From: an uncultured delta proteobacterium
GTDB lineage: Bacteria; Myxococcota_A; Polyangia; Polyangiales; Polyangiaceae
Direction: 5' to 3'
Assembly (NCBI GenBank): GCA_963716725.1
Contig: CAVQUB010000005.1
Coordinates: 64,001 to 128,000, forward strand
Length of the DNA stretch: 64,000 nucleotides
Shown here: piece after piece, positions 49,742 to 59,268 of the stretch
Layout of the letters: every line of letters starts with the position of its first letter
How positions within the stretch are numbered: position 1 is the stretch's first letter
Made by a program: the position numbers and the translations under genes
Notes under the pieces: model-generated
The model's database searches: none
What the model was told of the DNA's origin: nothing
Seen by the model: the letters and a program-made list of their open reading frames with translations, nothing else

Positions 49742-51440
49742 TCAGTTGGGCTTCGGTGGCGGCGGATCATCGTAGCAATCCCACGGGCAGGTCTGCCATT
49801 CGCTGCCCTCGCAGATCCCGTTTCCGCATACGCCGCTCTGGCCGCAGTCCCAGGCGCAGGTCTTTGAGTTCTCACCTGGTCCGCACCAGCCGTCGCCGCA
49901 GTAGCCGGCGTATCCACAGTCCATGGGGCAGCTGTACTGGTTCTCGCCGGGCTCACACACGTAGTTGCCGCAATAGCCGGCGTATCCACAGTCCATGGGG
50001 CAGCTGTACTGGTTCTCGCCGGGCTCACACACGTAGTTGCCGCAGTAGCCGGCGGAGCCGCAGTCGTAGGGGCAGCTGTACTGGTTCTCGCCCGGTCCAC
50101 ACCAGCCATCGCCGCAGTAGGTCTGGCTGCCGCAGTCCATGGGGCAGCTGTACTGGTTCTCGCCCGGTCCACACCAGCCATCGCCGCAGTAGGTCTGGCT
50201 GCCGCAGTCCATGGGGCAGCTGTACTGGTTCTCGCCCGGTCCACACCAGCCATCGCCGCAGTAGCCGGCGGAGCCGCAGTCGTAGGGGCAGTTCTTCTGG
50301 TTCTCGCCCGGTCCACACCAGCCATCGCCGCAGTAGCCGGCGGAGCCGCAGTCGTAGGGGCAGTTCTTCTGGTTCTCGCCCGGCCCGCACCAGCCGTCGC
50401 CGCAGTAGGTGGAGGAGCCGCAGTCGATCGGGCAGTTCTTCTGGTTCTCGCCCGGTCCGCACCAGCCGTCGCCGCAGTAGGTGGAGGAGCCGCAGTCGTA
50501 GGGGCAGTTCTTCTGGTTCTCGCCCGGTCCGCACCAGCCGTCGCCGCAGTAGGTGGAGGAGCCGCAGTCGATCGGGCAGTTCTGCTGGTTCTCGCCCGGC
50601 TCACAGACGTAGTTGCCGCAGTAGGTGGAGGAGCCGCAGTCGATCGGGCAGTTCTGCTGGTTCTCGCCCGGCTCACAGACGTAGTTGCCGCAGTAGGTGG
50701 AGGAGCCGCAGTCGATCGGGCAGTTCTTCTGGTCCTCGGGCGGGACGCACTTGCCGTCGCCGCAGTAGGTGGAGGAGCCGCAGTCGTAGGGGCAGCTGTA
50801 CTGGTTCTCGGGCGGGACGCACTTGCCGTCGCCGCAATAGGTGGAGGAGCCGCAGTCCGACGGGCAGTTGTACTGGTCCTCGCCGGGTTCACACACGTAG
50901 TTGCCGCAGTAGGTGGGGCTGCCGCAGTCCGCGGGGCAGGTGTTGTGATCCTCCCAGGGGTCGCAGATCCCGTTTCCGCAGTAGTCGCCGCCGCAGTCTT
51001 GCGGGCAATCGTACGAGCTCTCCGGATACTCGCAGACGCCATCGCCGCAGTAGCCGTCGCCGCAATCCTGCGGGCAACTCTCGACGCTCTCGCCCGCGTC
51101 GCAAGTGCCGTCGCCGCAGAACGTTGGGCAGTCTTTGGGGCAGACGCCGATCTCGTCCGGATCGCACTCCCCATCGCCACACGACGACGGACAGTCCTGC
51201 GGGCAGCTCGACGGACTCTCGTTCGCTCCGCAGACGCCGTCGCCGCAGCTGCCTCCGCAATCCGCGGGGCAAGAGCTTGGCGTCTCTCCCGGATCGCAGA
51301 AGCCGTTGCCGCACACCTGGCCCGTGCCGCCCGTGCCTCCGCCGGAGGGGTCGACGTCGGATTCGACTGCAGCCCGCCAGGCTCCAGATCACCGTCGCGA
51401 CCAGCGTTGTGCGCAGCACCCAGGCGTTGAGCTTTGCCAT
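49742..51440 (-). pseudogene. Cys-rich repeat lipoprotein (22 CG[DN]xxC..E...CPxDC units) with a frameshift at about 51368, just after the lipobox
   Basis: MAKLNAW...LAGC is in one frame and VESDVDPSGGGTGGTGQVCGNG... in another; the repeat frame has an upstream stop. Confidence 0.8.
49780..51313 (-). repeat. Coding tandem repeat, core period 72 bp (24 aa), 22 units
   Basis: Counted from the translation; central units near-identical in DNA. Confidence 0.92.
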
Positions 51441-51607
51441 GCTGTTGGTGTTGCGTAGCAAGAGCCACGCCAGAGCAAGAACCAAGGGTCCACCTCCCGT
51501 CCGCGGCAATTATCCGCTGACCCGGGTGGCGTGTGCCAAGTAGCTCGCGCTTTCGGCTGGCACAAACCGGCGGCCGGTGCCGTCTGTGGTCGGCTATGCT
51601 CGACCGT

Positions 51608-52708
51608 GTGGAAAGCAACGTCGCAGCTGCGCTGGTGATCAGCATCGCGGTCTTCACGGTCGGATGCGGCGGGGACGCCGGTGCCGGCAAGGGCGGAACG
51701 GGAGGCGTCGCGACCGGAGGCAACGCCGGTTCTGGTGGCGGCGGTTCTGGTGGCGGCGGTTCGGGCGGCGGCGGCTCGGGCGGGACCGCGAGCGGCGGCG
51801 GCGGCTCGCCGACGGGCGGTGCTGGGGGCGCGGGCAGTCAGAGCCCGGTGCTGGGCGGGTGCGAGATGTTCCCGCCGGGCGACGAATGGAACCTGGACGT
51901 CTCCGGCGCCACCGTCGACGCGGGCTGGACTCAGAAGCTGATGACCTTCGTGGGCTCGGGGTTGAAGCTTCACCCTGACTTCGGTGGATCTCAGTACGGC
52001 ATCCCGATCAATACCGTGCCTGCGAGCCAGCCTCCGCTCGACGTGGTGTTCGACGACTACCCGAGCGAGAGCGACCCAGGCCCTTACCCATTTCCGAGCC
52101 CCACCAGCGCGCAGATCGAAGGCGGCACGCCGTCGTCGTGCAGCGGCGATTGCCACTTGCTCACGCTGCAACAGGGCAGCTGCAAGCTCTACGAGGGATT
52201 CGTCTGCCAGTTCACCAACAAGTGGCATTGCGCCAACGGTGCGGTCTGGGACCTCACCAAGCTCTCCTACGGGCAGCGGCCGAAGACCTGGACCAGCGCG
52301 GACGCCGCAGGGCTCTCGATCACGGCGGGCCTGCTCCGCTACGACGAGGTGATGGCGCACTCGGTGCGGCACGCGGTTCGGTTCACGACAAAGTGCACCA
52401 TCGGAAAGTTCGTGAAGCCGGCGACCCACAAGGCCGTGCCGGGCAGCTGCAACCCCAACGATGCGAACGCGCCACCCATGGGTCTGCGCGTTCGCATGAA
52501 GGCGGGCTTCGACGACTCCGCGCTGTCCGCCGAGGGCAAGGCGGTGACCGCTGCGTTCAAGAAGTACGGCATGATCATCGCGGACAACGGCTCGAACTTC
52601 TACTTCCAGGGCGAGCGCAACGCCGGGTGGCCCGACTCCTTCGTCAGCGAGCTGAAGTCGCTGCCCGCGAGCGCCTTCGAGGTCGTGGCCGTACCGCCGC
52701 TGGAGTAG
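51608..52708 (+). CDS. Gly-rich lipoprotein with a globular domain of unknown function
   Basis: TVGC lipobox; YGIP, GDCHLL, LYE, GAVWDL, WTSADAAGL, LRYDEV, HAVRFT, YGMIIADNG; TATGCT-N7-GTG. Confidence 0.8.
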   Translation: MESNVAAALVISIAVFTVGCGGDAGAGKGGTGGVATGGNAGSGGGGSGGGGSGGGGSGGTASGGGGSPTGGAGGAGSQSPVLGGCEMFPPGDEWNLDVSGATVDAGWTQKLMTFVGSGLKLHPDFGGSQYGIPINTVPASQPPLDVVFDDYPSESDPGPYPFPSPTSAQIEGGTPSSCSGDCHLLTLQQGSCKLYEGFVCQFTNKWHCANGAVWDLTKLSYGQRPKTWTSADAAGLSITAGLLRYDEVMAHSVRHAVRFTTKCTIGKFVKPATHKAVPGSCNPNDANAPPMGLRVRMKAGFDDSALSAEGKAVTAAFKKYGMIIADNGSNFYFQGERNAGWPDSFVSELKSLPASAFEVVAVPPLE

Positions 52709-52866
52709 TGGGTCGCGCTGACGATCATCACCCACAGCAGCAGGAGCACCGCGGCCGTGGCCGGGCCGAAGAACGCCGCCGAGATCTGCGGTCCGCGATT
52801 GACCAGGAAGCCCACGAGAAGGCTGAAGCCGACGGCGGTCAGGGCGCGATAGTCGAAGAACAGAAC
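52709..52866 (-). pseudogene. Internal fragment of a membrane transporter (APC amino-acid permease-like)
   Basis: VLFFDYRALTAVGFSLLVGFLVNRGPQISAAFFGPATAAVLLLLWVMIVSAT: two TM helices, GC3-biased, no start or stop of its own. Confidence 0.55.
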
Positions 52867-52899
52867 TCTGCGCCCTCGACGCCGGCATTGCCGCGCATC

Positions 52900-53556
52900 T
52901 CAGTTCGGTTCGCGCAACGCTGAGTCCGCGGTAAGCAACGAACCGGAGCCGTCTGGACTGTCATCGGGCAAGTAGCGCAGGCACCAGGCCCAGAGCGCGC
53001 CCAACACATCCGCCTCTTGGGCGGTCTGCCCGGCGGGCAGCGCGCGGAACAGCTCGAGCCCCACGGGGAACCAACCCTTCACCACCGCGAGGAACAGCGC
53101 CTGTCGCCCGCCTGGGCTTTCGCTCGAAGCTCGCGCCAGCTCGGGCAGTGCCTGCGCCAGCGCCTCGTCCACGCGGAGCGATGCTCGCTTGATCTCGTCG
53201 GGGCCGAGTCGTCGCTGCTCGTCGAGGCGGTAGATCCACTTGTCGAGCTTCACGTCGGGCGTCGCCCGTCGCTCCTCGAACCATGCTGAGCTGAGCTTCT
53301 TGATGTAGCCCCGACCCGCGCCCACTTCGTCGAGGGTGCCGGACAGCGCGCGCCCCAGCTCCGTCCAGACCACCAGGGCGTTCACGGGATCGTCCGTCTT
53401 GGGGTCCGCCGCGAGACACTCCAAGATCGTGCGGCGCACGGCCTCGAGCGTCGCATCGTGCTCCGGATCACCCGCTGCCCGCGCCTCGTCGGCCTGCTCC
53501 TCCGTGGTCTCGAGCAGCTTGGCGATCGCGATCAGCTCGTCGTCATCGGTGTGCAT
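52900..53556 (-). CDS. Hypothetical helical protein (218 aa)
   Basis: GC3-biased ORF that fills the gap. Confidence 0.7.
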   Translation of the reverse strand: MHTDDDELIAIAKLLETTEEQADEARAAGDPEHDATLEAVRRTILECLAADPKTDDPVNALVVWTELGRALSGTLDEVGAGRGYIKKLSSAWFEERRATPDVKLDKWIYRLDEQRRLGPDEIKRASLRVDEALAQALPELARASSESPGGRQALFLAVVKGWFPVGLELFRALPAGQTAQEADVLGALWAWCLRYLPDDSPDGSGSLLTADSALREPN

Positions 53557-53610
53557 CGCGCTCGTGCCTACCCTGGCGGGCGGCGCGGCGCCACCCGATC
53601 GGAAGCTGTT

Positions 53611-55527
53611 TCACTTCGGGATGGGCGGTACGGTCACGGTGTTGATCGGCTGCACGCTGGCACCCGCGGGATAGGCGTAGCTCACGGCCTGCGAATAGAA
53701 TCCGCTCCCGCTGCCGAAGCTGCCGCCCGTTGCGGCGCTGCCCCAGCCCCAGACGGTGAGGCCGATGGGGGCGTCGCTCTTGATCAGGTGCACGCCGTTG
53801 TCGCAGTTGCCCTGCTTCTGGAAATTGCCGGTGACCAGATCTACGCGCGAGAACTCGTACTGTCCCGAGCTGCCCAGGGGCTGCCAGCCGCTCAGCTTGC
53901 CGGCGCAGCCGAGATCGACGTCGTGAAATGCGCCTTCGTGCTTGCTGCGGATCACCACCAGGTTCGTCTCCGGGTAGGTCGGATCGGTGAAGAAGGTGTA
54001 CTGCCGCAGGTACTGCGCCGGTGGGATGATGTTCACGAACTCGGGATCGCCGCGGCAGTCGTTCGCCGTGCCCACCTTCGTGCAGCCCGTCATGTGCGCG
54101 GACATGTAGAAGGGATGATCGGCGTCCTGACTCTTGACCACGAAGGGACCCGGCGCCCAGAACTCGGCGACCTGACTGGTCGACAGCGTGGTCGGTGCGC
54201 CCGGCGGCGCCGCCGGCTCGTAGCTGAGCGTGGTGCCGCCCACCGCGCCGACCAGGCGCCAGGGCACCGACTCGTCTTTGCCCGCGTAGCGTTCGCGGTA
54301 GCGCACGGCGACGTACTCGTGCCCCAGGGCCTTGACCGGCGGGATCTGCTGGTGCGCCGAGTCGCAGGCCGAGTCCATCACGTCGATGCTCAGGCAGGTG
54401 GCCGCGCCCCACACGGCGACGGGTTTGTCTGATTGGATGGGGGAGCCGATCAACGACGCGTTCTGCGTGAATTGCAGGATTTCGCCCCGCGCCAGCGCAT
54501 AGGTCTGCGGGACGCCCTGGCCCGTCGCAGCGACGCCCGGGCCGCCCACGATGGCCGCCGTTGGGCTGATGGTCACGGTGGTGTTGTCTTCGGCGGCGAC
54601 GATGTCGATCGAAGGCTGCGCCTCGGCGACGAGCGTGCTCTTCCGAAACGCGTCGACCGCGACGTAGTTGGTGTCCCAGACCGAGGTCGGCAACAGCAAG
54701 GTGGCGCTGGTCGCTGCGCTCTGACCGCCGCCGTAGGGGAAGATGTCGTAGACCACGGCCGGCGCCGAAGTCGTGATGCGAAACGCTTGCCCGCGACCGC
54801 TGCCGGTCACGGAGGCGTGGGCGGCGGTGTACGCCGGAGTCACGCCTGCCGGGCAGCTGGTGAGCGTCGAGCCGAAGCGCGCTAGAAACAAGATCGCGAC
54901 CTCTCCGGCGGGCAGCTGCCCGCCAGGCAGAGGCGCGTAGCTGAGCGACTGGCCCGTGCCCGAGGGGATGCGCGCGAACTGCGCCGCAGAGAACACCTGA
55001 CCGGCCCGCTCCACGTCGATGGTGATGGGATGACCCCAGGTGTTGGCGACGAAGGCCGCGAAACACGCGCCGCGACCCGCGCTGATGACGTCCGGAGGCA
55101 CGGCGTAGTAGTCGCAGCCGATCGTGGACTTGTTCTGCTTGGCCGCATCGCAGGCGGGGACGCAGCCGCTCGCGCCACAACCCTGGTCGGGTGGGCACTC
55201 GACGACGACGTTGCCCTTGCAGTCGAGGACCTTGTGCAGATCGGTCGAGCAGGTCTTCTCGCAGCCGCCGCCGTCGCCGCCGCCGATGTTGATGCTGCCT
55301 CCGCTCGCAGCGCCGCCGCCAATGCCACCGCCCACGCCGCCCCCCGCGCTGCTTCCGCCGCTTCCGCCGCCGCCGCTCACGTTGCCGCTTCCGCCGCCAC
55401 CGGCCGTGCCGCCGCCGCCGCCAGACGCTGAACACGCCGCCGGCGCCGCGAGCGCCATCAGGGCCGCGCCGACGATCAGCCGCGCCGCGCGCCCGAGGAA
55501 GTCGTTGGTGTCGTTGATCCGCGCCAT
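53611..55527 (-). CDS. IgGFc-binding protein N-terminal domain lipoprotein
   Basis: PAAC lipobox; STIGCDYY, AFRITT, SATLLLP..WDTNY, GSPIQSDKPVAVWG, QQIPPV..LG.EY, SYAYPAG. Confidence 0.85.
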   Translation of the reverse strand: MARINDTNDFLGRAARLIVGAALMALAAPAACSASGGGGGTAGGGGSGNVSGGGGSGGSSAGGGVGGGIGGGAASGGSINIGGGDGGGCEKTCSTDLHKVLDCKGNVVVECPPDQGCGASGCVPACDAAKQNKSTIGCDYYAVPPDVISAGRGACFAAFVANTWGHPITIDVERAGQVFSAAQFARIPSGTGQSLSYAPLPGGQLPAGEVAILFLARFGSTLTSCPAGVTPAYTAAHASVTGSGRGQAFRITTSAPAVVYDIFPYGGGQSAATSATLLLPTSVWDTNYVAVDAFRKSTLVAEAQPSIDIVAAEDNTTVTISPTAAIVGGPGVAATGQGVPQTYALARGEILQFTQNASLIGSPIQSDKPVAVWGAATCLSIDVMDSACDSAHQQIPPVKALGHEYVAVRYRERYAGKDESVPWRLVGAVGGTTLSYEPAAPPGAPTTLSTSQVAEFWAPGPFVVKSQDADHPFYMSAHMTGCTKVGTANDCRGDPEFVNIIPPAQYLRQYTFFTDPTYPETNLVVIRSKHEGAFHDVDLGCAGKLSGWQPLGSSGQYEFSRVDLVTGNFQKQGNCDNGVHLIKSDAPIGLTVWGWGSAATGGSFGSGSGFYSQAVSYAYPAGASVQPINTVTVPPIPK

Positions 55528-55594
55528 CCGCAAACGGTAGCGGAGGCTGCGGGCGCGCGCCAGGCAGTCCTGGGCTCTCGAACGCGACCCCGGC

Positions 55595-57115
55595 TCAATC
55601 TCCCAGGGTCTCGCGCACCCGCCGAAGCAGCGCCGTCGCCGTGAACGGCTTCTCGAGGATCTCGATCTCGCCGTATTCGTCCGGCGTCAGCGCGGCGTCG
55701 CGCCGATAGCCGGACATGAAGAGCACGGGCATCGACGCTCCGGCAGCTCGGAGCCGCCGCACCAACTCCGGACCGTCCATGTGCGGCATGACCACGTCGG
55801 TCAGGAGCAGGTCGAAGCCAGCCGGGCCATCGAGGCACAGCGAGAGCGCCTCCTGGCCGTCCGCGGCGCGCTCGACCGCGTAACCTTGCGCGCTCAGCAC
55901 GCGCAGGACCACACCGGCCACGCTGTCGTCGTCCTCCGCCACCAGGATGCGCTCGGTGCCACCGCGGGGCGCTGCCGCTGGCACGCTCTGCCCGGAGCTG
56001 GCGGGCACCTCGTGACAGAGCGGCAAGTAGACCTTGACCGTGGTGCCGTGCCCGAGCGCGCTGTCGATGCGGAGTTTGCCGCCGCTCTGCTTGGCGATGC
56101 CGTACACCGTCGAGAGCCCGAGGCCGGTCCCACGCCCCACCTCCTTGGTGGTGAAGAAGGGATCGATTGCGTGCCGCAGCGTATCCGGTGACATGCCCGA
56201 GCCCGAGTCCGAGACCGTGAGCAGCGCGTAGCGTCCGGCCTCGAGTTGCTCCGAGGCGCCGATGCTCTCGTCGGAGATGGTCACCGGGCAGAGCCGAAGT
56301 TGGACGGTGCCGCCAGTCGGCATCGCGTCGCGAGCGTTGGTCACCAGGTTCACGACGACCTGCTCGACGTGACTGCGCGTGCTGCGCACCGGGAGCGGAG
56401 TCGGATGCGCTTCGACGACCATGCTCACCCGGTCGCCGATCAGGCGACGGAGCAAGGTCTTGATGTCGTGCAGCACCGGCACGATGTCGATGACTTCCGT
56501 CGGCGACTCGTGAGGGCGGCTGAAGAGCAGCAGCTGACGCACCAGGCTCGCACCGCGCTGACCGGCGGCGATCATCTCCTCGACGTAGGCGGAGAGATCC
56601 GGACGATCGCGCAGCTGTCTCTGCAAGAGCTCGCCATTGCCCATGATGGCGACCAAGAGGTTGTTGAAGTCGTGGGCGATGCCGCCCGTGAGCTGACCGA
56701 TGGCCTCCATCTTCTGCGAGTGTCGGAGCTGCTCCTCCAGTCGCTTGCGGTCGGTGATGTCCCGCCACACGACGTGAAGCACCTGCTTGCCCCCGCGTTG
56801 CACGGCGGTGAGCAGCACCTCGACCGGAAACACCTCCCCGTCGAAGCGGCGGTGGTCCCACTCGAAGCGGTGGCTGCCGCGGGCGGAGGCGGCGGCCATC
56901 ATCTCGTTGGCCTTCTCGAAGGAGCTGCGACCGTCGGGCTGCTCGGGCGGCGACAGGTCGGAGGGATGTGCGCGACGCAGGGCTTGCCGGTCGGGACAGC
57001 GCAACATGGTGAGGGCGGCGTCGTTGAACTCCACGAACGACCCGTTCTCGATGATCAGGATGGCGTCCGCCGAGCGCTCGAAGAGCTCGCGGTAGGGATC
57101 GAGGTCGTCGGCCAC
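55595..57115 (-). CDS. PAS-domain hybrid histidine kinase (CckA-like; PAS-HisKA-HATPase-REC)
   Basis: RDITDRK, QKMEAIGQLTGGIAHDFNNLL, NARDAM, PFFTTKEVGRGTGLGL, LLLTDVVMP, FMSGY, LEKPF; start uncertain. Confidence 0.93.
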   Translation of the reverse strand: MADDLDPYRELFERSADAILIIENGSFVEFNDAALTMLRCPDRQALRRAHPSDLSPPEQPDGRSSFEKANEMMAAASARGSHRFEWDHRRFDGEVFPVEVLLTAVQRGGKQVLHVVWRDITDRKRLEEQLRHSQKMEAIGQLTGGIAHDFNNLLVAIMGNGELLQRQLRDRPDLSAYVEEMIAAGQRGASLVRQLLLFSRPHESPTEVIDIVPVLHDIKTLLRRLIGDRVSMVVEAHPTPLPVRSTRSHVEQVVVNLVTNARDAMPTGGTVQLRLCPVTISDESIGASEQLEAGRYALLTVSDSGSGMSPDTLRHAIDPFFTTKEVGRGTGLGLSTVYGIAKQSGGKLRIDSALGHGTTVKVYLPLCHEVPASSGQSVPAAAPRGGTERILVAEDDDSVAGVVLRVLSAQGYAVERAADGQEALSLCLDGPAGFDLLLTDVVMPHMDGPELVRRLRAAGASMPVLFMSGYRRDAALTPDEYGEIEILEKPFTATALLRRVRETLGD

Positions 57116-57410
57116 GTGAACCAAGAGGGTCACCCGAAGGCTCGGGACGGGCAACGCCGAAAGGCCGACGCACCCGCGCGGGGTGTGCGGCCAGCCGACC
57201 GAGCCCGGAGTCAACCCTCGCCGGCAACCGCCGCTTGGCGCTGGACTCCCGGTGCCCCTCGGAATGGCGCGAGAATCATAGGCGATTTGCCGAGGCGCGG
57301 AGGCTGCACGCGGAGCGCGTATGGCTTCGATTGTCGGCTCTTCGTCCGGGTCACGCAGGGGGCACTCGGGGGTCCGCAGTTGCAAAAGGTGGCGGGCGCC
57401 ATCGCCGTAT

Positions 57411-58871
57411 TCACGTGCAGTCTGGATCCCCGGTGGCGCAGGGCAGCACGACCAGGGTGTAGGCGCCGGACTGTTCGCCGCTTGGCGCGGTGAAGGTGTC
57501 GACCACGATGTGATGCGTGCCGGCGGGGAAGGTGCCCTGGATCAGGCGGTCGTTGCGGGCCACGCAGCTGCTGCCACCCAGGCCGCCGCTGAGGAAATGC
57601 ACGTCCACGTCGACGCCCCCGCGATCGAAGAGCACGATGCGCAACGCCGTCGGCGCGGGCAGGCTGAGGGTGTAGTGCAGCTCCGGACCGGACTCGTTCT
57701 GCGTCGCCGCGCAACCGTCGTAGCTAGCGATGTTGCGCTCGTTCGAGAGCGACGTGTCGGCGCTGTGGGAAAATGGCAGCGTGTCCACGACGAAGGGCAA
57801 GGTCGCGGTGCCCGTGCCCGCGACTGCCGCGCCGGGCAGCTCCGTGGCTGGCTGGTTCAGCACCACGCCGGCGTGCAGGTGCTGCAGGAGCTCCATCGTC
57901 AGCAGGTTGCGCTTGTTGTAGTTGAAGCCCAGGCCTTCGCTGGTGAAGATGCACGGCTGCGAGCCGCCGCCGGGGTTGTAGGCGTTCCCGTGGATGCCGT
58001 CGGCGATCATGCCCTGGTTCGCCAGGCCCTTCGCGGAGTAGTACAGGCTCATGAAGGGCAGCTGCCGCGCTTCGGCGAGGGCGCGGGTCAATGCGTCGTA
58101 GGTCGGCACCCACCGCCCCGCGGCCACCGAGTCCGTGCGAGGGTTCAGTCCCGTCACGATCGGAATGATGCCGCCGGCCTCGAGCTGGTCGAGGATCTGC
58201 GACAGGTTCTCGGCGAAGGGAAACAGCGCGCTGGCGAAGGTCACGCCCTGCCCCATGTCGTTCGTGCCGTAGTTCACCACCGCGAAGCGCGGATTGAGCG
58301 CCTGGATCTCTTGGTCCAAGGGCGACGGGCTGCCAGCGATGGCCCAGCTGGCGCTCATGCCGACCTTGGCGGCCAAGGTACTGCGGTCGAAGGGCGTGCT
58401 GCCCGCCGCGTCTCCCGAGCGGAAAAAATCAATGCTCGGCAGCATCGCGCTGCGACCGTCGAGGTCCAGGCTGTAGCTCGGCTGCGCCGAGCCCGCGAAG
58501 CAATACGCGAAGCTCTTGTTCACCGTGCCGGAGGCGCCGACCTTGATGAAGACGTCGTCCTCGCGCGTCGGATCCGAGGCGCGGATGGCTTTGGCCCGGG
58601 CGAGCGCGCTGGGCGTGACGGGCGAGCGCTCGTTCGCGGCGTAGCGCGTGAACCCGGTGAGCGGCGCGGCATCGCCGGTAGCGTCAGCGTCAGCGTCAGC
58701 GTCAGCGTCAGCGCCAGCGTCGGCATCGGTGACGCTCGCGTCGAATCCGCTGCCGCCCGTGCCGGCGTCGGGCTGCGGCTTGTCGTCGCTACCGTCGCCG
58801 TCCGAAGCGCAAGCGGCCGACAGCACGCAGAGCAAGCAGAGGAGGCCGGGCCCCACGACGCGCGCGCCCAC
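57411..58871 (-). CDS. SGNH/GDSL hydrolase lipoprotein with C-terminal PPC-like domain
   Basis: SAAC lipobox; (DA)n linker; KVGAS, AKVG, YGTND and DGIH blocks; GTHHIVVDTF...GAYTL. Confidence 0.85.
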   Translation of the reverse strand: MGARVVGPGLLCLLCVLSAACASDGDGSDDKPQPDAGTGGSGFDASVTDADAGADADADADADATGDAAPLTGFTRYAANERSPVTPSALARAKAIRASDPTREDDVFIKVGASGTVNKSFAYCFAGSAQPSYSLDLDGRSAMLPSIDFFRSGDAAGSTPFDRSTLAAKVGMSASWAIAGSPSPLDQEIQALNPRFAVVNYGTNDMGQGVTFASALFPFAENLSQILDQLEAGGIIPIVTGLNPRTDSVAAGRWVPTYDALTRALAEARQLPFMSLYYSAKGLANQGMIADGIHGNAYNPGGGSQPCIFTSEGLGFNYNKRNLLTMELLQHLHAGVVLNQPATELPGAAVAGTGTATLPFVVDTLPFSHSADTSLSNERNIASYDGCAATQNESGPELHYTLSLPAPTALRIVLFDRGGVDVDVHFLSGGLGGSSCVARNDRLIQGTFPAGTHHIVVDTFTAPSGEQSGAYTLVVLPCATGDPDCT

Positions 58872-58893
58872 GCGGCCGCGGTGCCGCCTGAGT

Positions 58894-59066
58894 CTAGCGT
58901 GCACGCACCCAGTTCTGGACGACGAGCCCTTTGAACGACTTGAAGTCGCCCGGGTTCGAAGTGATCAGCGGGATGCCACAGGTCACAGCGGTCGCCGCGA
59001 TTCGCCGTGCCACTCCGCCGCACGCTCGTCATACGAGGAAGTCGCCACCGTGTAGCTCTTGGACAT
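58894..59066 (-). pseudogene. Collapsed type II TA locus: Phd/YefM antitoxin start plus VapC (PIN) toxin fragments
   Basis: MSKSYTVA, then YDERAAEWHG, then in another frame (59001-58894) IAATAVTCGIPLITSNPGDFKSFKGLVVQNWVRAR*. Confidence 0.8.
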
Positions 59067-59075
59067 GCTCTCGTG

Positions 59076-59093
59076 TGTACATGCAGATGTACA
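59076..59093. promoter_or_regulatory. YefM/Phd-type operator TGTACA-N6-TGTACA
   Basis: Two TGTACA palindromes 12 bp centre-to-centre, 9 nt upstream of the antitoxin ATG. Confidence 0.75.
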
Positions 59094-59218
59094 TTTGGTC
59101 GAGGGCAGGCCAAAAAGGCGATCAACCCGCCGAAGGCCGGTCGCGTCGCTACGGCTTCGGTTTCGCCAGGCCGGCGATCGCCGAGACGTGAGCAGCGGAC
59201 AGACCTGCTGCCCGAGTT

Positions 59219-59254
59219 GTTGGTCCGGCGCGGAAGCTTCAGCTCCGGACCAAC
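59219..59254 (-). terminator. Hairpin downstream of the Cys/Gly-rich lipoprotein gene
   Basis: GTTGGTCCGG...CCGGACCAAC, perfect 10-bp arms. Confidence 0.5.
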
Positions 59255-59268
59255 TAGAACCCGGAGGC

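Noticed and set aside
49780..51313. 72-bp periodic array as a CRISPR
   Set aside because: Period is a multiple of 3, it encodes a coherent Cys repeat, there are no unique spacers and no cas genes
57120..57410. Possible c-di-GMP-I (GEMM) riboswitch upstream of the PAS kinase (GGCAAA...GCGGTTGCCG on the minus strand)
   Set aside because: The GNRA-capped P2 and the GACGCAAAGC junction are missing; an Rfam scan would be needed
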